A stretch of DNA of 64,000 nucleotides from an uncultured Thermodesulfobacteriota bacterium. GTDB taxonomy: Bacteria; Desulfobacterota; GWC2-55-46; JADFVP01. The notes under the pieces were generated by a model that saw nothing but the letters and a program-made list of their open reading frames with translations, searched no databases and was not told the origin of the DNA. The stretch covers positions 244-64,243 of the forward strand of contig CAYYJQ010000009.1 in NCBI GenBank assembly GCA_964472295.1. Direction: 5' to 3'. The translations under genes and the position numbers were made by a program. Shown piece after piece: positions 1-8,402 of this stretch (position 1 is its first letter; each line of letters starts with the position of its first letter).

Positions 1-1215
1 GTAATCAAAACCCTTGACGCGTTTTCGGGAGAGAAGCACTGTGGCCTTTTTTATGTTGTCAGGCAGGTCGTCTTCTTCCACCCTGCCCTTTTCTTTCAGC
101 ACTACTATGCGTTCCATGACGTTTTCCATCTCGCGCACGTTTCCGGGCCACTCATATTCCTCGAAGAGCCTCATGGCGTCGGGAGAGACGGTGGTAACGT
201 CTTTATTCTTCTTCTTGGAGATGGTCTTGAGGAAGTGTTTCACAAAGACTGGTATATCTTCTTTTCTATCTCTGAGGGGCGGCATCTCGATGGGTATGAC
301 ATTGAGCCTGTAGTAGAGGTCTTCACGGAACTTCTTCTCTTTAATGGCCTTCTTGAGGTCCTGGTTGGTGGCGGCAAGGACTCGTATATCGACCTTTATG
401 GTCTTTCTCCCCCCGACCCGCTCGAACTCCTTTTCCTGAAGGACACGGAGTATCTTTACCTGGAGTCCGGGGCTCATGTCTCCTACTTCATCAAGAAAGA
501 CGGTGCCGCCGTTCGCGGCCTCGAAGCGGCCTATCTTGGTGGCAATGGCCCCTGTGAAGGCGCCTTTTTCGTGGCCAAAGAGTTCGGATTCAAGGAGGTC
601 CTCGGGGATGGCTCCGCAGTTGATGGGCACAAAGGGCGCGCTTGCCCTGTTGCTCCCGAAATGCAGGGCCTTTGCGACTATTTCCTTTCCCGTGCCGCTC
701 TCGCCGAGTATGAGCACCGTGGAGTCAGTGTCAGCGACCTTTTTAATGACGCTTCTGACATGTTCTATCTTCGCGCTCGTGCCAAGGATGCGGTCCATGA
801 GTTTATGGCTTATGTTGAGTTTCAGGCGGAGGTTCTCTGCGGTGAGTTCGCTTACCTCAAAGGCCTTCTCTATGGTGACAAGTACCTCTACCTTGTTGAA
901 AGGTTTCTTGATGTAGGAGAAGGCCCCAGCGTTAAGGGCCTCCATTGCCCTCTTGATGGAGCCATCGCGCGGCACGACAATGGCGCTGGTATTGGGGCTT
1001 GCCTCTGTAATGGAGCGTACGAACTCTATCTCGTCGAGGCCGGATGTATTGAGGTCTACTATAACCACGTTGGGCCTGTTCCTGCGGATAAAACTCAGCG
1101 CAAGGTCGGGTTTCTTGATGGTATTGACGGAGTAATCCTCGGCGCGGAAGTTGTCCTTTATGAACCGGGAGAGAGAACCGTCCTCTTCAATGAGAAGCAC
1201 ATTCCTTTTCCTCAT
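1..1215 (-). CDS. Sigma-54-dependent response regulator of the NtrC/FlrC type. The REC and AAA+ domains are visible; the 3' end runs off the window start.
   Basis: I translated the minus strand by hand. It reads MRKRNVLLIEEDGSLSRF... (REC), then ...TVLILGESGTGKEIVAKALH (Walker A), then ELFGHEKGAFTGA (sigma-54 contact motif GAFTGA). It is not in the ORF track because it is open-ended. Start ATG at 1215-1213. Confidence 0.85.
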   Translation of the reverse strand, partial: MRKRNVLLIEEDGSLSRFIKDNFRAEDYSVNTIKKPDLALSFIRRNRPNVVIVDLNTSGLDEIEFVRSITEASPNTSAIVVPRDGSIKRAMEALNAGAFSYIKKPFNKVEVLVTIEKAFEVSELTAENLRLKLNISHKLMDRILGTSAKIEHVRSVIKKVADTDSTVLILGESGTGKEIVAKALHFGSNRASAPFVPINCGAIPEDLLESELFGHEKGAFTGAIATKIGRFEAANGGTVFLDEVGDMSPGLQVKILRVLQEKEFERVGGRKTIKVDIRVLAATNQDLKKAIKEKKFREDLYYRLNVIPIEMPPLRDRKEDIPVFVKHFLKTISKKKNKDVTTVSPDAMRLFEEYEWPGNVREMENVMERIVVLKEKGRVEEDDLPDNIKKATVLLSRKRVKGFDY

Positions 1216-1494
1216 ACATATCTCCTTCAGGCTAAAAGATGATGTCGAGGATGCGTGTCGCGGTGAGGTACGCGGGCACGAGACGGACCCGGACGAGTAT
1301 CAATATGGATAGAGGCCCGGCGGCCACTGCAAATGATGAACGTCGCGTTGGATTTTTTTAGGGGAACTTCCGAGGTGAGATTAGAGTATAGGGGAAAAAG
1401 GGGGAGATGTCAATATGGAAATTTAAATCGCGGGTTTACTGACTTCGCGGGCTGGAGACGTACAAAAACATGACCCTGCCCATGGTTTTTTCCA

Positions 1495-1521
1495 TAAAGT
1501 TTTATTGTCCTCCTCCGATGT
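1495..1521 (+). promoter_or_regulatory. Possible sigma-28 (FliA)-type promoter upstream of motAB.
   Basis: TAAAGTTT-N11-TCCGATGT against the consensus TAAAGTTT-N11-GCCGATAA. The -10 matches 5 of 8 with the CCGAT core. It lies ~100 nt upstream of the motA ATG. Confidence 0.3.
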
Positions 1522-1621
1522 GATAAGGAGAGCGGCTTCATTGAATGTCCAGGCGGAAAGGCGAAAACGAGATCAGTTTCAGTAGAGCGGAAGCGTCCAA
1601 TAATCAGACGAAAAGGTTGCC

Positions 1622-2479
1622 ATGTTTCCCATAATAGGATTAGCCGTTGTCTTCGGCTGCATTATCGGCGGGTTTCTCATGGAGGAGGGGAACCTCTTTG
1701 TCCTCATCCAGCCAGCCGAACTCGTAACAATAGGCGGGGCGGCCCTTGGCTCGCTCATACTCTCGTGCCCCCCCAACCTCCTGAAGGGCGTTGTAAAGGC
1801 CATTCCAGCGATATTAAAGGGCGGCACGCTCAAGAAGAGCCATTACATCTCGCTCCTCACGCTCCTTTATAATATCTTTACAAAGATAAAAAAAGAGGGG
1901 CTCCTATCCGTGGAAAAGGACGTTGAGAACCCCAAGTCCAGCCCGCTCTTCAAGTCCAACAAGGAACTCCTCAAGAACCACCATGCCCTCAACTTTCTCT
2001 GCGACAACCTCCGCGTCTTTATCATAGGCATAAAGCCCACGGAGATGGAGGATCTAATGGACATAGAGATGGACAGCCACCACGAAGAGGCCGGGGTCAC
2101 GCCGGGGATTATTACCAAGGTTGGCGACGCGCTACCGGGCTTCGGCATCGTGGCGGCGGTTCTCGGCATTGTCATCACAATGGGCAAGATGAGCGAGGGC
2201 CCCGAGGTCATCGGGCACAGCGTTGCCGCCGCGCTTGTGGGGACCTTTCTCGGCATCCTCCTGAGTTACGGCGTCATAGGCCCCCTTGGGAGCCACCTTG
2301 AGCACAAGAACCGCGAGGACTCGAAGTACATTGAGGCCATAAAGACAGCTGTACTGGCCTTTGCTAAGGACCTTCCGCCTCAGATGGCCGTGGAGGCAGG
2401 CAGGCGCACCATTTTCAGCGACGCGCGGCCCTCATTCAAGGACCTCGAAGACGCCATCAAGAAACAGAAGGGCAAGTAG
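1622..2479 (+). CDS. motA: Flagellar motor stator protein MotA/PomA.
   Basis: 285 aa with MotA-like N-terminal transmembrane helices (MFPIIGLAVVFGCIIGGFLME...) and the conserved C-terminal plug/TM3-4 region. It sits directly upstream of motB. Confidence 0.85.
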   Translation: MFPIIGLAVVFGCIIGGFLMEEGNLFVLIQPAELVTIGGAALGSLILSCPPNLLKGVVKAIPAILKGGTLKKSHYISLLTLLYNIFTKIKKEGLLSVEKDVENPKSSPLFKSNKELLKNHHALNFLCDNLRVFIIGIKPTEMEDLMDIEMDSHHEEAGVTPGIITKVGDALPGFGIVAAVLGIVITMGKMSEGPEVIGHSVAAALVGTFLGILLSYGVIGPLGSHLEHKNREDSKYIEAIKTAVLAFAKDLPPQMAVEAGRRTIFSDARPSFKDLEDAIKKQKGK

Positions 2480-2546
2480 CGGCGCGGCTTTGGAGAAAAT
2501 TCCGGGAAGCACGACTTGATGACCACAAAAAAAACCGGGGGCAGAC

Positions 2547-3344
2547 ATGGATAACAACGAAACTCAGCCCATAATAGTAAAGAAGGTAATAAAAAAGGGC
2601 CACAAAGGCGGTCACCACGGCGGGGCATGGAAGGTGGCCTATGCCGACTTCGTGACAGCCATGATGGCCTTTTTCATGGTCCTATGGCTTGTTGCCATGA
2701 TGTCCATAGAGGCGCGAAAGGGAGTGGCCGAGTACTTCAGGAGTTACACCATCTTCGAGGGCACGGAGGCCGGGGGCGGCAAAGGCATATCCGTCATGTC
2801 GGGCAACCCCATGATGCTCAACAAGGCGTCGTCAAAACCCAGGCCAACGCAGAACAAGAATAATAACATTACCCTCCAGATAAAAAAGACAGTCAATACC
2901 CGGCTTGGCGACCTCAAGAACCAGATACTCATCTTCACCACCACGAACGGCGTGAGGCTTGAACTCGTGGATCTTGACGACAGCCCCATGTTCGAGCCCG
3001 GAGGGGCAAGGCTCCTGAAACGAGGTAGAGAGATACTCCGTGTACTCGCCGCTTCCCTCAAGCACATGCCCTACAAGATAGCCATAGAGGGGCATACGGA
3101 CAGTTTCCGCTTTTCCGAGAAAGGCCGCTCGAACTGGGAGCTTGCCGCCTCGAGGGCTAACAGGGCAAGAAGGGAACTTGTAAGGGACGGCCTCTCCGAG
3201 AAACGCATCTCCCGCGTATCGAGTTTTGCCGACGCCGTGCCCCTTAACGGGAGAGACCCCTATGACCCCATAAACAGGCGCGTAAGCATCCTCATCGAGA
3301 GGAACAAGTTTCTAACTGACGCGGAAGCGGATATTCTGAAGTAG
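2547..3344 (+). CDS. motB: Flagellar motor protein MotB with an OmpA-like peptidoglycan-binding C-terminus.
   Basis: 265 aa. It has a single TM helix with the conserved Asp region (ADFVTAMMAFFMVLWLV) and an OmpA-family C-terminal block (EGHTDSFRF...NWELAASRANRARRELV). Confidence 0.8.
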   Translation: MDNNETQPIIVKKVIKKGHKGGHHGGAWKVAYADFVTAMMAFFMVLWLVAMMSIEARKGVAEYFRSYTIFEGTEAGGGKGISVMSGNPMMLNKASSKPRPTQNKNNNITLQIKKTVNTRLGDLKNQILIFTTTNGVRLELVDLDDSPMFEPGGARLLKRGREILRVLAASLKHMPYKIAIEGHTDSFRFSEKGRSNWELAASRANRARRELVRDGLSEKRISRVSSFADAVPLNGRDPYDPINRRVSILIERNKFLTDAEADILK

Positions 3345-3588
3345 AAAGACAAAAAAAAGAAAAGAAGAAAGGCGGGAGGGAAAGAGGGGGACGGCCTTGC
3401 CTGCAAGGAGACAATTAGGAAAGTCTGATTAATTCAGACTTTCCTGCGGCCCATGGATGTGCCGCCATTTTCAGGGCTGTAAGCCATTGAAAATGTGAGG
3501 GAAAGGGAAACCGCGTTTTTCCTTTCCCATCTCTCCTTAATTCAGGGACGAATTAAGGAGAGGTTCCTTAAGAGACAAAAAATATTCA

Positions 3589-3612
3589 ACTTTCTTTTGA
3601 AAAATGGAAAGT
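3589..3612. repeat. AT-rich palindrome family, copy P1 (imperfect): ACTTTCTTTTGAAAAATGGAAAGT, followed by TTTTGATTGG.
   Basis: It shares ACTTTCTTTT...AAAGT arms with six other copies (see findings). It lies in the noncoding gap between motB and the pilZ gene. Confidence 0.5.
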
Positions 3613-3751
3613 GTTTTGATTGGAAAGAGATGTCCTGCTTTACTCCTGGAGGACAGGGCCAAAAAAAAAAGAACTTCGCGGCCCAGGATACTGAGTCAAA
3701 GAAAACCAATCAGAAGATTAAAAACAAGAAAGTAAGACTAAAAAAGACCTA

Positions 3752-3965
3752 TCCCCACATACCCCTTGCGCCCCTTGCGCCCTGCCCTGTCCCCCTGGCC
3801 CGCTGACCGCACAAACCCTGCTATCCCCCTGCACCACTCCCCCCACTCCCTCATGCCCCCCTGCCCCTTTGCCCCCTATGCCTTGTGTGTGCACCCTCCC
3901 TGCCAGTGTGTCCTCCTTTTCCCCCTTTTCCCCCCCTGTCCCCCTTTAGGCCCCCTGGCCCCTAC
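3752..3965. repeat. ~210-bp low-complexity tract that is C-rich on the plus strand, so G-run-rich on the sense strand of the upstream minus gene. It carries GGGGCAAGGGGC-type motifs.
   Basis: Read directly: ccccttgcgccccttgcgccctgccctgtccccctggccc...cccccctgtccccctttaggccccctggcccc. It lies immediately 3' of the PilZ gene stop. No credible ORF. Confidence 0.6.
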
Positions 3966-4555
3966 TTGGCTCTGCCGGCGGCCTTCTTGCCCGACCTCAG
4001 CATCCTTCTCTGCCAGGCGAAGATATAGCGCACTATCCTCTCTCTCACGCGCTCGTCAATATCAACGAACTGTATCCCTACCTTGTATCCACCGTCGATA
4101 TTCTCGCAGGTCCAGACCACCTCGCCCATTACCTCGAGGTCCTGGGTCTGGTCCGGCAGGAAGAGGCGTATAACGAGCCTGTCGCCCTCGGCAAAGTCCT
4201 TGTTGCAGAGTATCTTGAGGCCCCCGCCGCTTATGTCCTCGATGCGGGCCTCGGGTATCTCGAAGCACCTCTCGGCCACGGTCTGGCTCATAAGGGCCTT
4301 GAGCCTCTGGTTTATCTCAAGGAGAAGGGAATACATCTCAGGGTTATCAGAGGAGGATATGGACTCCATCTTTCTTGAAAAGTGCTTGAGTTCGCGTATG
4401 TTCAGTGCGCTGTCCACGATATTGACGCCCTGCCTTGCGACATAGTATACAGGGATGCTGTCCTCAATTCGCACATACTCGCGGCTGTTTGAGATCATAC
4501 CAACCATGTACATTACCTCTTCGTTTACAGCGTCTTTATCTTCAATATCAGCCAT
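3962..4555 (-). CDS. PilZ-domain (c-di-GMP binding) protein, possibly a YcgR/flagellar-brake type.
   Basis: The DISGGG (DxSxGG) PilZ signature is present, within 'EDISGGGLKILCNKDFAEGDRLVIRL'. I chose the start at MADIEDKD (4555) so it does not overlap the upstream gene ending at 4548. It lies at the end of the flagellar cluster. Confidence 0.55.
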   Translation of the reverse strand: MADIEDKDAVNEEVMYMVGMISNSREYVRIEDSIPVYYVARQGVNIVDSALNIRELKHFSRKMESISSSDNPEMYSLLLEINQRLKALMSQTVAERCFEIPEARIEDISGGGLKILCNKDFAEGDRLVIRLFLPDQTQDLEVMGEVVWTCENIDGGYKVGIQFVDIDERVRERIVRYIFAWQRRMLRSGKKAAGRAK

Positions 4556-4907
4556 CTCTGGAACACCTCTCTCCAAGTGAAATCAGCGGCCTCGGCTCAT
4601 ATGCCCTTCGTGCCATGTTACAGTGTAACAGCCTCTCAAGTTCCTTTCCCGTCTCCTGAAGTTCCCCTTCAAGCAGGGTCCTGAGATCCGCCTCAAGGTC
4701 CCTTATCCGCCCTGCAAGGGCCTTTTCCGCGGGACCCGGCCCTGGACCGGCCCCGGGGGGCGTGATGCGGCTTAATATCTCTTCGCGCTCCTTCATCGAC
4801 GCGGCAAGGGCATGAAGGCGGTTTTCCGACAAGAGTTTTTTCTGCTCCTCTGTTATCTCAAGGACCCTCTGAAGCAGGGGCAGGCGGCCTTTCTTCCTAT
4901 CTCCCAT
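4548..4907 (-). CDS. Small coiled-coil protein following fliS; a possible FliT/FlgN-like export chaperone.
   Basis: 119 aa, helical and heptad-like (LLQRVLEITEEQKKLLSENRLHAL...). It sits in the fliD-fliS-X position. It contains a Gly-Pro-rich segment (PPGAGPGPGPAEK). No specific family was recognised. Confidence 0.3.
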   Translation of the reverse strand: MGDRKKGRLPLLQRVLEITEEQKKLLSENRLHALAASMKEREEILSRITPPGAGPGPGPAEKALAGRIRDLEADLRTLLEGELQETGKELERLLHCNMARRAYEPRPLISLGERCSRDG

Positions 4908-5310
4908 GGGCCACCCTTGCCGGGCTATCAGCGGCCCTGCCGGGGACCCCGGACCTTGCTATCTCGTCCCAGCCCGACTTTATCTCGACAAAGAGGGCCG
5001 TAACCTCCTTGATAACGGCAGGGGAGTTCTTCATGTTGGCCTCGGTAAGACGGGTCATTGAGTAGAGATAGAGGTCCCGGAGGTTAGCGGCTACCTCGCC
5101 GCCGCGCTCCATGTCAAGGGAGTTGTAGAGTTCGCTTATTATGGCCGCGGACCTGTTTATATAATAGGTCCTCTTCTCGATGTCGCGCTCTTTAATGGAC
5201 TCCACGGCAAGGCCGTTGAACTTGATGACGCCCTCGTAGAGCATGACAACAAGGCGGACGCCGTCCGCCGTCATTACCTGGACCTTCTGATAGGCCTGAA
5301 CACCTTTCAT
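4897..5310 (-). CDS. fliS: Flagellar export chaperone FliS.
   Basis: 137 aa with the FliS-type N-terminus MKGVQAYQKVQVMTADGVRLVVMLYEG. It lies immediately downstream of fliD. Confidence 0.8.
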   Translation of the reverse strand: MKGVQAYQKVQVMTADGVRLVVMLYEGVIKFNGLAVESIKERDIEKRTYYINRSAAIISELYNSLDMERGGEVAANLRDLYLYSMTRLTEANMKNSPAVIKEVTALFVEIKSGWDEIARSGVPGRAADSPARVAHGR

Positions 5311-5319
5311 TCACCCCCC

Positions 5320-6639
5320 CTAGAATCTGCCGAGATACTGGCTCTGTGCATTAAGGCCGGCAAGTGTGCTCTCAAGGAGAGAGAAACGCACCCTCAACGC
5401 GGCCTCGTAATCGGATATTTCCTGTTCCTTTGAATTAATATTACTGACAAGAGAGGCTATATTGTTGCCGAGACCTTCCTGTTTTTGTGTAATCCTCCCG
5501 TCAACGCTGTTGTTCATGGAGTCGGCAAGGTCATAGACGAGTTTACCAAAACCGCTGGTTGTCGTTCCCTCTACAAAGAGGTTTACAACGCCGTCAAAGT
5601 TCGTGTTGAGGGCATCGGTGAGTTTTGCGCTGTCAAGGGACATGACGCCTTCGCTGTCTCTTGTTACGCCCACGTGAAGGAGCCTGTTCATTGTGTCAGG
5701 AAGCCCTGTTATGGAAGAGGTCATTATTCTGCTGAGTTCATCGGCCACGCTCCTTGCCACGGGGTCTCCAAAGAGCGTGCCCCCTGTCTTTGTGTCAATA
5801 TCATATCGGTTGTTGCCCTTGATGTAACTCATTACAGCGTTATATCTATCGACAAGGGCGACTACTTTTTTCTCGATACTGCTTGTGTCGCGCGTGGTGG
5901 TGACGGTTACGGGCTTTGCGGCGTCAGCGCTCTGGAGCGTAAGGGTCACGCCTGTAAGGACATCGCTGATAACGTTGGAAGAGCGCGTCACAGCAAGGCC
6001 GTCCACGGTAAAGGAGGCGTCCTGCGCGGCCTGAAGGGTAGTATTGAATAATAACGACGTATCGTTCTGATTGATGGTTATCTGGTTGGCCGTTCCCGTG
6101 GACTCTGCCGTAAGGACAAGGCGGTATGATGTTCCGTCATTTACCACCGAGGCCGAAACACCGGCGTTAAGGGCGTTTATGGCGTCGCTGAGCCCGGTGA
6201 CAGTAGTTGTGGAGTCCACGGCCACGGACTGCATCGTACCCGTACCCACGGTAAAGTTAAAAGAGCCGGGGGCCGATGCCACGACCGTTGTCGCCGAGGC
6301 CACTCCATCGGCGGCAATCTTATGGGACTTTGCAAGGGCGCTGACGACAATGGTGGAGGTCCCGGCAATGGCCGAGGTCGAGGCCGAGGCGTCAAGGATA
6401 GCGGTGTCACTGCTTGAGGTGGTGAAGTTGTCAAAGGCAGAGGTGGTGCGAAGGTCATCGGCGGCGGCCATGAGGTCGGATACACGAGATGAGAGGGTGG
6501 TATAGGTGGACTGAATATCCTCGAGGCGCTTTTTGTCGGAGTAGAGCCGGTCCACGGGGACCCTCTTGACGCTTACAAGTTGCTGAATAATGGAGTCGTA
6601 GTTGATGCTCGATACAAGACCCGTTGCCGTAATTGTCAT
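5320..6639 (-). CDS. fliD: Flagellar filament cap protein FliD (HAP2).
   Basis: 439 aa with a FliD N-terminal helix (MTITATGLVSSINYDSIIQQLVSVKRVPVDRL) and a Thr/Ser-rich central domain. It lies between fliC and fliS. Confidence 0.8.
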   Translation of the reverse strand: MTITATGLVSSINYDSIIQQLVSVKRVPVDRLYSDKKRLEDIQSTYTTLSSRVSDLMAAADDLRTTSAFDNFTTSSSDTAILDASASTSAIAGTSTIVVSALAKSHKIAADGVASATTVVASAPGSFNFTVGTGTMQSVAVDSTTTVTGLSDAINALNAGVSASVVNDGTSYRLVLTAESTGTANQITINQNDTSLLFNTTLQAAQDASFTVDGLAVTRSSNVISDVLTGVTLTLQSADAAKPVTVTTTRDTSSIEKKVVALVDRYNAVMSYIKGNNRYDIDTKTGGTLFGDPVARSVADELSRIMTSSITGLPDTMNRLLHVGVTRDSEGVMSLDSAKLTDALNTNFDGVVNLFVEGTTTSGFGKLVYDLADSMNNSVDGRITQKQEGLGNNIASLVSNINSKEQEISDYEAALRVRFSLLESTLAGLNAQSQYLGRF

Positions 6640-6730
6640 GGCGTCCTCCTCATTACGTAATATTCAAGATTGGCCCGGCCATGCTCCGAGTGCGCGTCTC
6701 TTCCATTCCGCCCCCTCGCTCCATAGGCAG

Positions 6731-6762
6731 AGGGCGGGAGGATAAAAGGGTCCTCCCGCCCT
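6731..6762 (-). terminator. GC-rich stem-loop 3' of fliC: an 11-bp perfect stem AGGGCGGGAGG / CCTCCCGCCCT without a U-run. It could be an attenuator or an mRNA-stabilising hairpin.
   Basis: Inverted repeat read directly at 6731-6741 and 6752-6762, about 35 nt downstream of the fliC stop. No T-tract follows on the minus strand, so termination is probably partial at most. Confidence 0.35.
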
Positions 6763-6796
6763 TCAGAAGGAGACAGTTTGCCTATGTCCTGCCTGA

Positions 6797-7639
6797 TTAT
6801 CTCAGGAGTTGGAGCGCGCTCTGCGGCAGTGTGTTGGCCTGCGCGAGCACGGATATGCCGGCCTGAACCATAATCTGATTCTTCGTGAATGTGGCCGTCT
6901 CTGTGGCGAAGTCCGCGTCCCTTACCCTGGACTCGGCGGCCTGGAAGTTGGTGAATGTAACCTGGAGGTTGGAAATGGCCACGTTTAGCCTGTTGGTGGT
7001 GGCGCCGTATATGGCCCGCGCGCTGTTTACCCTTGCAAGGGCCGCGCTTACGGAATCAAGGGCCGCAAGGGCTCCCGTTACGCTGGAAAGGGCCCCGGAC
7101 TGGAGGCTGAGGCCCACGTTGCCCGTGGCGCCCGCGCTCGTAAGGGCCACGAGGCTTACGCTGAGCTGGTTGTCCGTTGAGTTCTTGAAACCAATGAACA
7201 TGGTCATCGAGGTGATGGACCCGTTCAGGAGTTTGTAACCGCCGAACTCCGTTGTCTGCGCTATACGGTCAATCTCGTTTATGAGTTTGTCATACTCATC
7301 CTTGTAAAAGCCCCTTGTGCTGCTATCAAGGGTTCCCTGTGCCGCGCTCGCGGCAAGTTCGCCCATCCTTGTGATGATGTTAGTGACCTGCTCGGCGGCC
7401 TTGTCGCTGATTTCCATGGCGCTCACGCCGTCATTGACGTTGCGTATGGCGGCCTGAATCATCCGCGACTGGCTCCGGAGCTGGTCGGCGCGGGCAAGGC
7501 CCGCGGCGTCGTCCGCCGAACTATTCACCCTGTGGCCCGAAGACAGCCTCTGAACGCTTATCTTCAACTGGGCGTTTGACGTGCTGAGGTTCTGCTGGGC
7601 CAGTAGTGACGCAATATTTGTGTTGATTACCAATGCCAT
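6797..7639 (-). CDS. fliC: Flagellin.
   Basis: 280 aa with a conserved flagellin N-terminus (MALVINTNIASLLAQQNLSTSNAQL...) and C-terminus (...NQIMVQAGISVLAQANTLPQSALQLLR). A perfect sigma-28 promoter lies upstream. Confidence 0.9.
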   Translation of the reverse strand: MALVINTNIASLLAQQNLSTSNAQLKISVQRLSSGHRVNSSADDAAGLARADQLRSQSRMIQAAIRNVNDGVSAMEISDKAAEQVTNIITRMGELAASAAQGTLDSSTRGFYKDEYDKLINEIDRIAQTTEFGGYKLLNGSITSMTMFIGFKNSTDNQLSVSLVALTSAGATGNVGLSLQSGALSSVTGALAALDSVSAALARVNSARAIYGATTNRLNVAISNLQVTFTNFQAAESRVRDADFATETATFTKNQIMVQAGISVLAQANTLPQSALQLLR

Positions 7640-7664
7640 GTTCTTACCCTCCTTAGTATGTTAC

Positions 7665-7676
7665 GGCATCCATGCC
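7665..7676 (-). promoter_or_regulatory. Predicted high-affinity CsrA binding hairpin in the fliC 5' leader, GGCAUGGAUGCC with GGA in the loop. A second GGA site overlaps the SD (UAAGGAGGG).
   Basis: The leader RNA reads ...AAGGCAUGGAUGCCGUAACAUACUAAGGAGGGUAAGAAC-AUG, and further GGA motifs lie upstream (AAAGGAGGGAGAUGGAAG). csrA and fliW are encoded in the same cluster. Confidence 0.35.
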
Positions 7677-7764
7677 TTGAAGATTATCCGTCCAGACGGC
7701 AGGGGGCTTGTCTTCCATCTCCCTCCTTTCGCGCCAAACTCTCCGCCGGACCCTTACTAACCTT

Positions 7765-7792
7765 ATCGGCACAGGGGTAAGAACCTTTAGAA
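7765..7792 (-). promoter_or_regulatory. Sigma-28 (FliA) promoter of fliC.
   Basis: The minus strand reads CTAAAG-GTTCTTACCCCTGT-GCCGATAA, an exact TAAA-N15-GCCGATAA match. It lies ~125 nt upstream of the fliC ATG. Confidence 0.65.
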
Positions 7793-7796
7793 ACCC

Positions 7797-8402
7797 TTAC
7801 ATATCTTTTCTGTAAAAGACCTTTTCCATCATATCCCTCAGGAGCGGCCCAAGCTCATACTCGAGCATGTCGGCAAGGAGTATGTTGTCGCGCGAGATAC
7901 GGGCGTCACGCAGGCCGGAGAGGTTTCTGAGAATCTTCTCGTAATACTCGCCTGGGTCATGCCGGAAGACGTCCATGCCATAGGAGAGGCCGCACTTGTA
8001 GAGCGAATCCATTGTCTTTACCACCTCTCCCGTGGACTCGATGATGGAGGCAAGGGTCTTGTCCACCTTGAAGGAACCGCGCCTGAGAGAATCAGAGGCG
8101 CTCTCCAGAAGGCCCTCTATGAAGGCGATGTACTCGTTCACCGTGTATATGCCCTTGAGGACGAGATGGTCCACGCCCTCGGTAAAGAGCCTCAATTCGC
8201 CAACGTTGATAACAGGCTCGCAGAGTTCGACGGCCTCCTTCCACGCATAACCCCTCCTGTCGCCGTCCACCCAGAGTTCCTGTATGAAGCGCCTGAGGGG
8301 CCGAAGGTCTGTCTCCACGGCGTTTATCACATCGCCAATGGTCGAGGCCGGGCCAAGGCCCGTGAGTTCGAGTCTCGCGTCATCAAGGTATACTTCCGTC
8401 AT
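7797..8402 (-). CDS. Hypothetical protein between maf and fliC. No family recognised.
   Basis: I chose the start at MTEVYLDD because a strong SD (AAAGGAG) lies 7 nt upstream of that ATG. The ORF track extends it by 34 aa through a Cys-rich segment (CAVCPLKILCGRECPVKKTC) that is probably 5' UTR. Confidence 0.45.
   Translation of the reverse strand: MTEVYLDDARLELTGLGPASTIGDVINAVETDLRPLRRFIQELWVDGDRRGYAWKEAVELCEPVINVGELRLFTEGVDHLVLKGIYTVNEYIAFIEGLLESASDSLRRGSFKVDKTLASIIESTGEVVKTMDSLYKCGLSYGMDVFRHDPGEYYEKILRNLSGLRDARISRDNILLADMLEYELGPLLRDMMEKVFYRKDM

Noticed and set aside
235-1242. 335-aa plus-strand ORF
   Set aside because: It is the antisense shadow of the minus-strand sigma-54 activator, whose GESGTGKE and GAFTGA motifs read cleanly. 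The plus-frame protein has no recognisable motifs.
3766-4173. 135-aa Pro/Cys/Leu-rich plus-strand ORF
   Set aside because: It is translated from the C-rich low-complexity tract and overlaps the 3' end of the PilZ gene on the other strand. It has no RBS and is low complexity.
5485-6505. Plus-strand ORFs of 188, 144 and 102 aa inside fliD
   Set aside because: Antisense to a well-supported fliD; typical high-GC frame artefacts.
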